From: Candidatus Lustribacter sp.
GTDB lineage: Bacteria > Vulcanimicrobiota > Vulcanimicrobiia > Vulcanimicrobiales > Vulcanimicrobiaceae
DNA: 64,000 nucleotides
Direction of reading: 5' to 3'
NCBI GenBank assembly: GCA_965277805.1
Contig: OZ255842.1
Coordinates: 320,001 to 384,000 of the forward strand
Positions 28,520 through 39,098 of this stretch are shown in pieces. Numbering within the stretch: the stretch's first letter is position 1; each line of letters opens with the position of its first letter. The position numbers and the translations under genes are program-made. The notes under the pieces are model-generated. The model was given only the letters and a program-made list of their open reading frames with translations. It searched no databases and was not told the DNA's origin.

Positions 28520-29911
28520 CTACGTCCACGGTCCTGCGCGGTCGCGGCGCAGTTCGCGAACCGACTCGATGCGCAGCGTGCTGATCGCCACCGCTACGAG
28601 GGAGAGTCCGACCGATACCCAGAGGGCAACGCGGACCTCCGTGCTCCCGGCGCCGCCGGCGCTGAAGATCAGCGCGGCGAGCGCCACGCCGGTCGTCATG
28701 CCGGTCATGCGCGCGGTAGTGGTCAATCCGGTGATCGCGCCGCTGCGGTGGCGCGGCGCCGCGCCGACCATCGCGCGCAAGTTGGGCGTGACGAACACCG
28801 CAAAGCCCGCGCCACCGAGCGCGGTGCGCCAGACGATGTCCCAGGTCGCCGGATGTTCGGGCACGAGCGCCAGGAGTGCCATCGAGAGCGCGAAGGTGCC
28901 GAGGCCGATCGAACCGAGGATGCCCGCATGATAGCGATCGGCGAGACGTCCGGCGATGATCGCGACGAGTGCCGAGCCGATGGGGAAGGGCGTCATCAGG
29001 AAGCCGGTCTCGGCGGCGGTATACCCCAGCGAGTGGAAGTAGAACGGCAGCGCGATCAGCGATGCGTTCAGGGCGATGAACGCGGTGAACGATGCCATCA
29101 GCGAGAGCCGGATGATGCGGATCTGCAACAGATCGATCGCGATGAAGGGCACTTCGAGCGCGCTCTGCCGGCGCACGACGATCGCGCCGACGATGAACGC
29201 ACCGGCCACCTCGATGCCGAAGAAGATCGTATTCGCGGGCGCGCGCAGCTGATCGAGTCCGGTGATGAAGAGCGCGAGCGCGGCACCGCTGAACGCCGCG
29301 CTGAACCAGTCGAAGCGGTGCGTCGCGCGCGGCATGTCCGGCAGCCGCCCGCTGAGCGCGAGCGAGACCAGGGCGAACGGCACGTTGATCCAAAAGAGCA
29401 GCGGCCACGTGCCGAACGTTAGGACCAGTCCGCCGATCGCGGGGCCGGCGGCGGTCGACACCGAGACGATCAAGCTCTGGATGCCGATCGCGACGCCGAG
29501 CTGCGAGCGCGGAAAGGCAAAGCGCGTGATCGGCTGCGAGGTCGCGAGGATCGCCGCCGCGCCGATGCCTTGAAAACAGCGCGCCGCAACGAGCATGGTG
29601 AGGCTTTGTGAAAGCGCGCAGGCGATCGAACCGGCGATGAAGATCACGATGCCGGTGCGATAGATGCGCGCGAAGCCGCCGATGTCGCCGTAGGTCGAGA
29701 GCGGCACGATCAGCATCGTTTGCGCGAGCGCAAACGCATTGACGACCCACACCACGGCGCTCGAACTCACCTTGAGGTTGCCGGCGATCGTCGGCAACGC
29801 GACGTTCATGATCGTGCCGTCCAGCACGCTCAACACCGTCGTGATGCCGACCGTGAAGACGACGATCCGTTGCCGGCCGAGGGGCAGACCCTCGCCGTAC
29901 TCGACGCTCAG
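28520..29911 (-). CDS. DHA2-family MFS efflux transporter (YebQ-like); start probably CTG 29911
   Basis: VLDGTIMNVALPTIA motif; family-like EGLP and TM1 residues lie upstream of the first GTG (29836). Confidence 0.85.
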   Translation of the reverse strand: MSVEYGEGLPLGRQRIVVFTVGITTVLSVLDGTIMNVALPTIAGNLKVSSSAVVWVVNAFALAQTMLIVPLSTYGDIGGFARIYRTGIVIFIAGSIACALSQSLTMLVAARCFQGIGAAAILATSQPITRFAFPRSQLGVAIGIQSLIVSVSTAAGPAIGGLVLTFGTWPLLFWINVPFALVSLALSGRLPDMPRATHRFDWFSAAFSGAALALFITGLDQLRAPANTIFFGIEVAGAFIVGAIVVRRQSALEVPFIAIDLLQIRIIRLSLMASFTAFIALNASLIALPFYFHSLGYTAAETGFLMTPFPIGSALVAIIAGRLADRYHAGILGSIGLGTFALSMALLALVPEHPATWDIVWRTALGGAGFAVFVTPNLRAMVGAAPRHRSGAITGLTTTARMTGMTTGVALAALIFSAGGAGSTEVRVALWVSVGLSLVAVAISTLRIESVRELRRDRAGPWT

Positions 29912-29912
29912 A

Positions 29913-30755
29913 CTATGCGCCCGCGCTCGCCCAGGCGAAAGCCTCGCGACCCTCGACGTAGGTGAGCGGATCGATCGCCGGGTTGCGATTGACGAGCGCG
30001 CGGCCGAACAGGGGATGGCGCAGGCTGCGCACTTCGTGTTCGAGCCGGTAGTACACGCGGCCGTCGTCGCCGGCGATGTCGAGGAACCGGTACTCGTGCG
30101 CGTTGTTTTCCATTGAGATCAGATTGCGTTCGAGCAGCTTGCGGTGCGGCGTGGAAAAGTCGGCCAGATAGATTTGGATGTGGTGACCGTCGTAGGGTTG
30201 GAGCGGCGCATCGGTTTCGCGGAAGATCAGTTCTTGCCAACCGGCGCGCACGTGCGCGGCACCATCGGTCACCGTCGCGGGTGCGCCGATGATCTCGCGG
30301 TAGAACGCGGCGATCGGCTCCGCGGCGCCGCCGGCGACGTCGTGCTCGACGTACGCTAGGCCCAACGTCACCGGACCGAACTGCGGCGCGGGGGCATGCG
30401 CGCGAATGCGATTGCCCCATGGCGAGACGACCTCGATACCGCCCGCAACTTCCGTGAGCGGAATCTTCGCTTTGGCCAGCCGCGCGCGCAGCTCGTCGAG
30501 GTCGGGCACGACGAGCCCGGTGACGCCATGCAGGCGCTGTCCGCGTTTGGCCGTCGGCAAGTGGAATTGATGGCGGCCGACGTTGATCCACATGTTGTTG
30601 GTCGCGGTCATGAGATAGGGGTCGCGCGTGAGCCCGAGGCCGGTCACGTAGAATTCCGTCGCCGCAAGCTGATCGGTGACGTTGACGTTGACATGCCCGA
30701 TCTCGACGAGGTTGCCTACATCGTCGGCGGCACGGTCGTAGCGTTGTTCGGCCAT
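29913..30755 (-). CDS. VOC/glyoxalase-family protein
   Basis: GHVNV...FY..GLGL, two-domain VOC pattern. Confidence 0.7.
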   Translation of the reverse strand: MAEQRYDRAADDVGNLVEIGHVNVNVTDQLAATEFYVTGLGLTRDPYLMTATNNMWINVGRHQFHLPTAKRGQRLHGVTGLVVPDLDELRARLAKAKIPLTEVAGGIEVVSPWGNRIRAHAPAPQFGPVTLGLAYVEHDVAGGAAEPIAAFYREIIGAPATVTDGAAHVRAGWQELIFRETDAPLQPYDGHHIQIYLADFSTPHRKLLERNLISMENNAHEYRFLDIAGDDGRVYYRLEHEVRSLRHPLFGRALVNRNPAIDPLTYVEGREAFAWASAGA

Positions 30756-30830
30756 ATTTGCCTCGTTAGTGTCCTAAACCGTCGCCTCCCTTGCAAGGAG
30801 GGGGCCCGGGGCGCGCGATAGAGTCGGGAG

Positions 30831-32497
<1,667 letters not shown>

Positions 32498-32501
<4 letters not shown>

Positions 32502-32755
32502 GCTTCCTCGGTCGCGCGATCGTGCTCGCCGTCCGCAGCGTCGGCGCGGTCGCGGTCAACGCTGCGATGACGGAGCTGAAAAAGCCGGAAACGCAAGCCA
32601 AGATCGGAGCCGGCATTGCCACCGTGCACCAGCATCTCAACGACCCCGAAAAGCGCGCCGACCTCGAACGCGCCGCCGGCACCGCCGGCAAAACCGCCGC
32701 CCGCCTCCTAGGCCGCGCCGCCGGCACCCTAAAAAATAAAATCAGCGGCGACTAA
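32498..32755 (+). CDS. Small hypothetical protein
   Basis: ATGA overlap with ettA; helical, Ala-rich. Confidence 0.6.
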
Positions 32756-32773
32756 CTCGCTTGTGTGTGTGTT

Positions 32774-32977
32774 GTCATTCCGAGCGAAGTGCTGCAGGCA
32801 CGTAGACGAGGAACGAGCCACGATTCTTGGCTATCGAGTGCGACCGCGAAGGCGGGAGCAGTGACTAAAAAAAAGCAAAAGATCATCCACTGCTCCCGCC
32901 TTCGCGGTCGCACTCTAAATGCGAAGATGCTCTCGGATTCCTCGCCTACGTGCCTTCGGCACTTCGCTCGGAATGAC
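32774..32977. repeat. Nested palindromic REP/MITE-like element
   Basis: Outer IR GTCATTCCGAGCGAAGTGC...GCACTTCGCTCGGAATGAC; inner perfect 28-bp IR at 32836-32863 / 32888-32915. Confidence 0.85.
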
Positions 32978-32985
32978 TGGATCGG

Positions 32986-34116
32986 CTAATGACTGGATTG
33001 GTTGAGGAGCAGGGTCATTAGGGCGGATTGGATTCGTTCGAAGCCGGCTCGTTTGTAGGGGTAGAGGTCGGGGGGGTCGGTGCCGTGGACGAGCATGGCG
33101 GCGTCGGCTTCGAATAAGAGGAGGCGGCCGTCGTTTGCGATCGCGCAATCGATGCCGAAATATTCGAGCGGGATGGCAGCGCTGATTTCATCGAGCGCTG
33201 CGCGTAGGCGGCCGGTGAAGACGGCGTCGAGATCCGCGATGAAGCGCGCCTCTTCGTCGCGCATCCATTGGTGCTCGGCCATCGCGGCGTTGTAGTAGTG
33301 AATCATCCAGCGCGGCGAGATCGCGAGATGGCACGCGTACGGTTTTCCATCGACGAACATCACGCGGTACTTGCGGAAGAAGCCGTCGCCGTTGCGGTAA
33401 TCGGCGAACGGCATCACAAAGTATGCGGGATACACCTGTTCGGCCAGATACGCATGCAGTTCGTCGCGGTTCTCGACGCGCGCGAGGCCGATGCCGGCTT
33501 GCGAGCCGACCGGCCGCACGACGAGCGGTGTGTCGACCGCGCGCGCACGCAACGCAGCGGCTTCGACGCGCTCCACCGCCGGCGCGATGACGTTCGCCGA
33601 GCCCGCAAAACGTTGCGCGACGCCCGGCCGGCCGATGGTGGCGACGATCTCCGGCCGGTTGATCGGCTCCTGCGCCGCGCGTTCGGCGAAGAGTGCTGCC
33701 AGCTTCAGCGCCGATGCGGCCTTTTCGGATTCACCGATCGAGTTGAAGAGGACGTCGTAAGCGGGAACGGCGCCGGGCGGCAGATGCGCGTCGCCGTCAT
33801 CGATGTAATAGCGGTGCAGCGTTGTGTACCGCGTGTCGACGATCAGCTCGAGCGGCGTGTTCGCTTCCCACTGGGCGACGCGCGAGAGCGCGAGTACCGT
33901 GAGCTTTGCGGGAACTTCCAGTGCCGGCAGCGTGACGACGCGCGAGGTCTGCAGCGCGAGGCGCAGGTGCGCGATTCCGGCGGCGGGCTGCCCGAGCATC
34001 TGCTCGACTTCGTAGAGGCGCAGATGCGCGTCGCGGGCGGTCGGATCGCGCCGCAGCACGTTGTAGGCAAGTGCGCGGAGCGATTCGAGCTCGCCCGTCG
34101 TCTGAGGACGAGTCAC
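32986..34116 (-). CDS. ATP-grasp-fold protein with N-terminal TPR-like helices
   Basis: VVRPVGSQAG, FRKYRVMFVDG, YFGIDCA...LLFEAD. Confidence 0.7.
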   Translation of the reverse strand: MTRPQTTGELESLRALAYNVLRRDPTARDAHLRLYEVEQMLGQPAAGIAHLRLALQTSRVVTLPALEVPAKLTVLALSRVAQWEANTPLELIVDTRYTTLHRYYIDDGDAHLPPGAVPAYDVLFNSIGESEKAASALKLAALFAERAAQEPINRPEIVATIGRPGVAQRFAGSANVIAPAVERVEAAALRARAVDTPLVVRPVGSQAGIGLARVENRDELHAYLAEQVYPAYFVMPFADYRNGDGFFRKYRVMFVDGKPYACHLAISPRWMIHYYNAAMAEHQWMRDEEARFIADLDAVFTGRLRAALDEISAAIPLEYFGIDCAIANDGRLLLFEADAAMLVHGTDPPDLYPYKRAGFERIQSALMTLLLNQSSH

Positions 34117-34130
34117 GGAGGACTCATTTG

Positions 34131-34529
34131 TCAGACGCTTTTGTCGAGTACCTTCCCGGCGTCTTTGTCGTACATCTGCGCCAGCGCGATCAGCGCCTGG
34201 CTGGGGAACTGCACGATTTCTTTGCCGGTCGACTTATCGGTAAAAACGGTCACGACTTCGTCGGGATCCGTCGTTACCTGGAATGAAACGGCGACGTTTT
34301 GCTCGGCGGCGTTGAAAAGCTTGGCGACGACAGGCGAAAGCGTGTTGTCCTGCGGCTGATTCGAGCCGGCGGCCGGAGCGCTGTCCGCAGTCGAATGAAC
34401 GGGAATCGGCCCGACGGTCGGACTCGGCGGCGCGGAGACGGCAACAGCGGGCGCGGCGGGGGCCGGATCGGGCGCGGGCTGGGGTGCGGGGGATAAGGTG
34501 GGGCCAATGGTGGCCGCCGGTACATCCAT
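34131..34529 (-). CDS. flaG: FlaG-like flagellar protein
   Basis: VSFQV...VVTVFTDKSTGKEIVQFPSQ...GKVLDKSV; SD AGGAGG. Confidence 0.75.
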   Translation of the reverse strand: MDVPAATIGPTLSPAPQPAPDPAPAAPAVAVSAPPSPTVGPIPVHSTADSAPAAGSNQPQDNTLSPVVAKLFNAAEQNVAVSFQVTTDPDEVVTVFTDKSTGKEIVQFPSQALIALAQMYDKDAGKVLDKSV

Positions 34530-34551
34530 GTACGGAGTCCTCCTGCGCTGC

Positions 34552-34579
34552 TTATCGGCTCGTTGGTTATGAAACTTTA
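34552..34579 (-). promoter_or_regulatory. Sigma28 (FliA/SigD) promoter
   Basis: Minus strand reads TAAA-N16-GCCGATAA upstream of flaG. Confidence 0.85.
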
Positions 34580-34611
34580 GGATTTTTAAAAATGGTGATT
34601 TGGAGCGAGGG

Positions 34612-35481
34612 CTAGCTATCCAGGAGTGCGGCTAAGCGTGGATAGACGTGCGCCGGCGCCGCGGTATACGTCGTGGGATCGATCACGTCATGTACCTTGC
34701 CGAGATCGCTCCACACGGTCAGCGCGTACGTTGCGCCGCGTGCTTGCCAGCGCGCGGCGAGTTCGCGGGCTGCGGCGTTGTTGACCGCAGGATCCTGCGC
34801 GTTGATGATCAGCGTGCAGTGCGGTGCGACCGGCGCTGCGCGGCCCGCCGCCGCGATCAGCGCTGCGCCGGCGAAGACGCAACGCGCGAGGCAGTGCGTC
34901 CAAAAGCCGGGATAGGCGTACACGGGCGTCATTTGTGCCTTGCGGCGCGGGTCCCACCACAAGAAGCGATTGGGAAGCTTGTCGAGCGCGTGCATCAGCA
35001 GCATTCCCGGAGCGCGCGGAATCAGCGGCACCATCAGAAACGGCGCGACGCCCACCGCGTTGTTGACCGAGCCCGTTTGCGCGAGCTGCAGCGCCATCGT
35101 TGCGCCGAGCGAAATGCCCAGGGCGTTCACGTTCGCACCGAGACTCGCGCCCAAATGGGCCGCATCGGACGCGGCAGTTTCGATGTCGGCGACCGTGATG
35201 CTGCCGATGGCGCGCGTCAGACGGTTCTTGTGTCCGTGATACGGCAGCCGCGGCACGTAAACGTTCTCGCCGCGCGCATGGAGCAGCCGCGCGAATTCAT
35301 CGAACTGCTGCGGGCAGTTCGTGAGGCCGTGGAAGAGCACGGTGCTGCGCTCGGCGCGCGCGCCGTGATGATAGAGGCGCGGATAGGCGCGCGGATCGAT
35401 CTCCGGGTCGGCGGCGTCGCGCGCGATCCGGGCTTCGATCTCGGCGCGCGCTTCGTCGAATGTGAGACGGGGAAACGTTAG
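34612..35481 (-). CDS. Alpha/beta hydrolase (esterase/lipase); no canonical start found
   Basis: VLFHGLTNCP, GISLG nucleophile, DPAV and HD residues; frame begins at the hom stop. Confidence 0.75.
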   Translation of the reverse strand, partial: LTFPRLTFDEARAEIEARIARDAADPEIDPRAYPRLYHHGARAERSTVLFHGLTNCPQQFDEFARLLHARGENVYVPRLPYHGHKNRLTRAIGSITVADIETAASDAAHLGASLGANVNALGISLGATMALQLAQTGSVNNAVGVAPFLMVPLIPRAPGMLLMHALDKLPNRFLWWDPRRKAQMTPVYAYPGFWTHCLARCVFAGAALIAAAGRAAPVAPHCTLIINAQDPAVNNAAARELAARWQARGATYALTVWSDLGKVHDVIDPTTYTAAPAHVYPRLAALLDS

Positions 35482-36794
35482 ACGAGGTCTTCGCGGCGAA
35501 TGCGGGCGTAGTGCGGCTTGACCGCCGGCAATTTCACCAGCGCGGCGATTGCGGCATCGAAGTTGCGCTCGCGCGTGCGGTGGGTGAGGATCACGATGTC
35601 GGTCTCGTTGTCCGCGCCGCCGGCGCCCTTTTGCAGCATTGCATCGATCGAGATGCCCGAGTCGGCCAGCGTGCGCGCGATATCGGCCAAGACGCCGACC
35701 TCGTCGGAGACGCGCACGCGCAGGTAATACGACGTTTCGACGTCGGCCATCGGCAGCACGCCCACGTCGCTGATCGCATCGGGCTGAAAGGCCAAGTAGG
35801 GCACGCGCTCTTCGGGCTCGGCACGTATCAACCGCGTGACCTCGATAACGTCTGCCAGCACGGCCGACGCGGTCGGTTCGGAACCGGCACCGGCGCCGTA
35901 GTACATCGTCACGCCGGCGGCGTCGCCCTTGATCAAGAGCGCGTTCATCGCGCCGTCGACGCTCGCGATGATGCGCTCGGCGGGAATGAGCGTGGGGTGC
36001 ACGCGCAGCTCGACGCCTTCGGGCGTGCGCCGTGTGAGGCCGAGCAGTTTGATGCGGTAGCCGAGTTCCTCGGCGTAGGTGATGTCCTTGGCTTCGAGTT
36101 TGGTGATGCCTTCGATGTAGGCGCGCTCGAACTGTACCGGAATGCCGAACGCGATCGCCGAGAGCAGCGTGACCTTGTGTCCCGCGTCGATGCCCTCGAT
36201 GTCGAAGGTCGGATCGGATTCCGCGTAGCCGAGGCGCTGCGCTTCGGCCAGCACCACGTCGAACGCGAGACCCTTGTTGCGCATTTCGGAAAGGATGAAG
36301 TTGCACGTACCGTTGATGATGCCGGCGATCCACTCGATGCGGTTGGCGGCGAGACCTTCGCGCAAGGCCTTGATCGTGGGGATGCAGCCGGCGACGGCGG
36401 CTTCGAACGCGACGATGACGTTGTGCTGGCGCGCGGCGGCGAAGATCTCGTTTCCGTGCAGTGCGAGCAGCGCTTTGTTGGCGGTGACGACGTGCTTGCC
36501 GCGCACGATCGCCGCTAAGATCGCTTCTTTCGCGATCGTCGTTCCGCCGATGACCTCGACCACGATGTCGATGTCGGGGTTGGTGACGACGGCGCGGACG
36601 TCGTCGACGACCGCGATGCCCGGACCGACGATCGCGCGCGCGCGCTCGACGTTGCGCGCGGCAACCATCGCGATCTCGATCTGACGCCCCGCGCGGCGGG
36701 TGATCTCCTCGCGGTTACGTTCGAGAACGTGAAAGGTTCCGCTCCCAACCGTTCCGATGCCGAGCAGACCGACCTTGACGGGTTTCATCTTCAT
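35478..36794 (-). CDS. hom: Homoserine dehydrogenase with ACT domain
   Basis: GLLGIGTVG, VVTANK, GIINGTCN, LGYAESDP, GAGSEPTASAV. Confidence 0.95.
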   Translation of the reverse strand: MKMKPVKVGLLGIGTVGSGTFHVLERNREEITRRAGRQIEIAMVAARNVERARAIVGPGIAVVDDVRAVVTNPDIDIVVEVIGGTTIAKEAILAAIVRGKHVVTANKALLALHGNEIFAAARQHNVIVAFEAAVAGCIPTIKALREGLAANRIEWIAGIINGTCNFILSEMRNKGLAFDVVLAEAQRLGYAESDPTFDIEGIDAGHKVTLLSAIAFGIPVQFERAYIEGITKLEAKDITYAEELGYRIKLLGLTRRTPEGVELRVHPTLIPAERIIASVDGAMNALLIKGDAAGVTMYYGAGAGSEPTASAVLADVIEVTRLIRAEPEERVPYLAFQPDAISDVGVLPMADVETSYYLRVRVSDEVGVLADIARTLADSGISIDAMLQKGAGGADNETDIVILTHRTRERNFDAAIAALVKLPAVKPHYARIRREDLV

Positions 36795-36800
36795 GTGCCT

Positions 36801-38231
36801 TCAGCGCGTCCGATGCAGCCGCCCTGCGTCGAGGGCGAAGCGCCGTTCGATAAGTGACGGCAGATCGTCTTCGTGATGGGCGATGAGAAGCAGCGTCGTT
36901 CCGCTGCCGGCGAGTTGCTGCAGCTGCGCCTCGAGCAGGGTACGGAAGCTCGCGTCCAGACCGTTCCAGACCTCGTCGAGGATGAACAGCGCGGGCGGGC
37001 GGACCAAGCTGCGCGCGATCAGCACCTTGCGCCGCTCGCCGAACGAGAGTTGCATGAACGGCCGCCCGCGCAAGGCCGCGATTCCCAAATCGCCGATCAG
37101 CGCGGCGGCACGCTCGCGTTGCGCAACGTCCGGTTCGTGGAACAGGCCGACGCTCGATGCGAAGCCGGAGAGGACGACCTCCTCGGCCGTGTGGTTGACG
37201 TCGAACGCGACTTGCCACTCCTCGGACACGTGCGCGATCCGTTCCTTGATCTGCCAGACGTCGAAGGGGCCGCTGACGCCCGAGCGCAGCACGTCGGCGC
37301 CATACACCGGCGCGAGCGTTCCGGCGATCACCATCGCGAGCGTGCTCTTGCCCGAACCGTTCGCGCCGGTGATCGCGGTATGTTCGCCCGCGCGAATCGA
37401 CCAATCGATGTTGTGCAGCACGTGCGTTGCGCCGCGAAAGACGTCGGCATGACGCAGCTCGACGATCGGAACGGAGGCCGGCGCGCGTGGGCGAGCGGTG
37501 CGCGACGCGCGCAGCACGCGAACGGGCGGCTGCGGACGGCCCGCGTTGCGCTCGACGATGCGGCCGCCGCGCAGCGTCGCGTGGTGCGTGATCGCCGGAA
37601 CGAAATCGTCGTAGCGGTGCGAGGCGAGGATCAACTGCACCTCGGGCGCGAGCGTCTCCAAGAGCGCGAGGATGTCGCGGCGTGCCGCGCCGTCGAGCCC
37701 GTTGGTGAATTCATCGAGCACCAGCACCGCGGGCTTGCGCACGAGCGCGCGCGCGATCAGGAGCCGGCGCAGCTGTCCGAACGAGAGCGACCGCACGCGG
37801 CGGTGCGCGAACGCGCCGATATCGAGCCGGTCGATGATCGCTTCCACCGCCGCGCTGCGTTCGGGCGAGAGCGCGCCGTGCATGTAGAGCGTGTCGTCGA
37901 AACCGCTGGCGATCAAACTGCGTCCGTCGATCGGCAGTTCCAGCCGCGCGTAGCGTTCCTGCTGTTCGGGCGCAACGAAGCCGATGTGCGTGCCCGCCGA
38001 CATCGCGCCGCGCACGACGCCGTCAAAACCGTAGGCGCGTTGGCCGCCGTCGGGATCGATCCACTGCTGACCGCGGATGACGCGCAAGAGCGTGCTCTTG
38101 CCCGAACCGTTCGCGCCGACGAAGGCCCAGTGTTCGCCGGGATTGAGGCTCCACGTCACGTCGTCGAGTGCGCGATGACCATCGAGGGTAACGTTGACGT
38201 GGCGGAGATTGACCAGCGGAAGGTGGGCCAT
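36801..38231 (-). CDS. ModF-like double ABC ATPase
   Basis: Two GANGSGKST motifs, LSFGQ/LSFGE signatures; start MAHLPL. Confidence 0.85.
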   Translation of the reverse strand: MAHLPLVNLRHVNVTLDGHRALDDVTWSLNPGEHWAFVGANGSGKSTLLRVIRGQQWIDPDGGQRAYGFDGVVRGAMSAGTHIGFVAPEQQERYARLELPIDGRSLIASGFDDTLYMHGALSPERSAAVEAIIDRLDIGAFAHRRVRSLSFGQLRRLLIARALVRKPAVLVLDEFTNGLDGAARRDILALLETLAPEVQLILASHRYDDFVPAITHHATLRGGRIVERNAGRPQPPVRVLRASRTARPRAPASVPIVELRHADVFRGATHVLHNIDWSIRAGEHTAITGANGSGKSTLAMVIAGTLAPVYGADVLRSGVSGPFDVWQIKERIAHVSEEWQVAFDVNHTAEEVVLSGFASSVGLFHEPDVAQRERAAALIGDLGIAALRGRPFMQLSFGERRKVLIARSLVRPPALFILDEVWNGLDASFRTLLEAQLQQLAGSGTTLLLIAHHEDDLPSLIERRFALDAGRLHRTR

Positions 38232-38239
38232 CACGTTGT

Positions 38240-39013
38240 CTATGGAAAGTACCCCGCGATGCGCGTCGCCGCGCGACGCACTTCGCTGGCGAGCGCGAGC
38301 GTGACGGGCGGGGTGGCGCGCGCGAGCGGCGCAGCGAGGCTCAACGCGCCGTAGACGGTGCCGCTGGCGCCCTTGATGGCGGCGGCGACGGCATACACGC
38401 CGAGATTGCTCTCGCCCGAACTCGTCGCAAAGCCGGCCGCGCGCACTTCGGCCAGCGCGCGAAGCAGTTTGCGCTGCGAGGGGATCGTGTGGCTGGTCAA
38501 ACGCGGCAGCTTTTCCCCGGGGTGCAATCGCGCGATCTGTGCGTCGGACATCTCGGCCAAAATCGCCTTGCCGCCGGCGGTCGCGTGCGGTGCGCCGGCC
38601 GAACCGACGCGCGCCGCGACGCGCAGCACGTGCGGCCCCTCGAGCCCCTCGACGAACAGCGCCTTGCCTTCTTGCAGAACGATCAGGTTGGCCGTTTCGC
38701 CCGTGCGCTTGACCATCGCCGCCATTTCGGCGCGCGCGATCTCGCGCAGCTCGATGTCGCGCGAGAGCGAGCGGGCGAGTTCGAGCAAGGCCGGTCCGGC
38801 ATAGTAGGCCCTCGAGGCGCGGTCCTGGCGCACGAAATCCTGGGCCTGGAGCGTCGCCAGCAGTCGGTGCGTGGTGGAGCGGGCAAGCCCGGTCGCCGCG
38901 CTCGCCTCGGCGATGCGGACGGGGGTTTGGGCGCCGCGGAACAACGCGAGCAGGCGGACCGCCTTGCCGACCGATTCGGTCTGGCCCGGCGTTCCGGAAG
39001 CTTTCACCGGCAT
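38240..39013 (-). CDS. IclR-family regulator
   Basis: ESVGKAVRLL, GLARSTTHRLL, HATAGGKAILA. Confidence 0.9.
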   Translation of the reverse strand: MPVKASGTPGQTESVGKAVRLLALFRGAQTPVRIAEASAATGLARSTTHRLLATLQAQDFVRQDRASRAYYAGPALLELARSLSRDIELREIARAEMAAMVKRTGETANLIVLQEGKALFVEGLEGPHVLRVAARVGSAGAPHATAGGKAILAEMSDAQIARLHPGEKLPRLTSHTIPSQRKLLRALAEVRAAGFATSSGESNLGVYAVAAAIKGASGTVYGALSLAAPLARATPPVTLALASEVRRAATRIAGYFP

Positions 39014-39098
39014 CCCCGGGCGTTTCCATGCACGGCGGACGGCCACCCATGCAGCGCGCCTGCGGGAATTCCGCCGGATGCGACGCTACATTCCATCT

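Noticed and set aside
32765-32989. Small ORFs across the palindromic element
   Set aside because: Translations of repeat DNA.
34612-36333. 573-aa version of the hydrolase
   Set aside because: The first ~285 aa are an Arg-rich alternative frame over hom.
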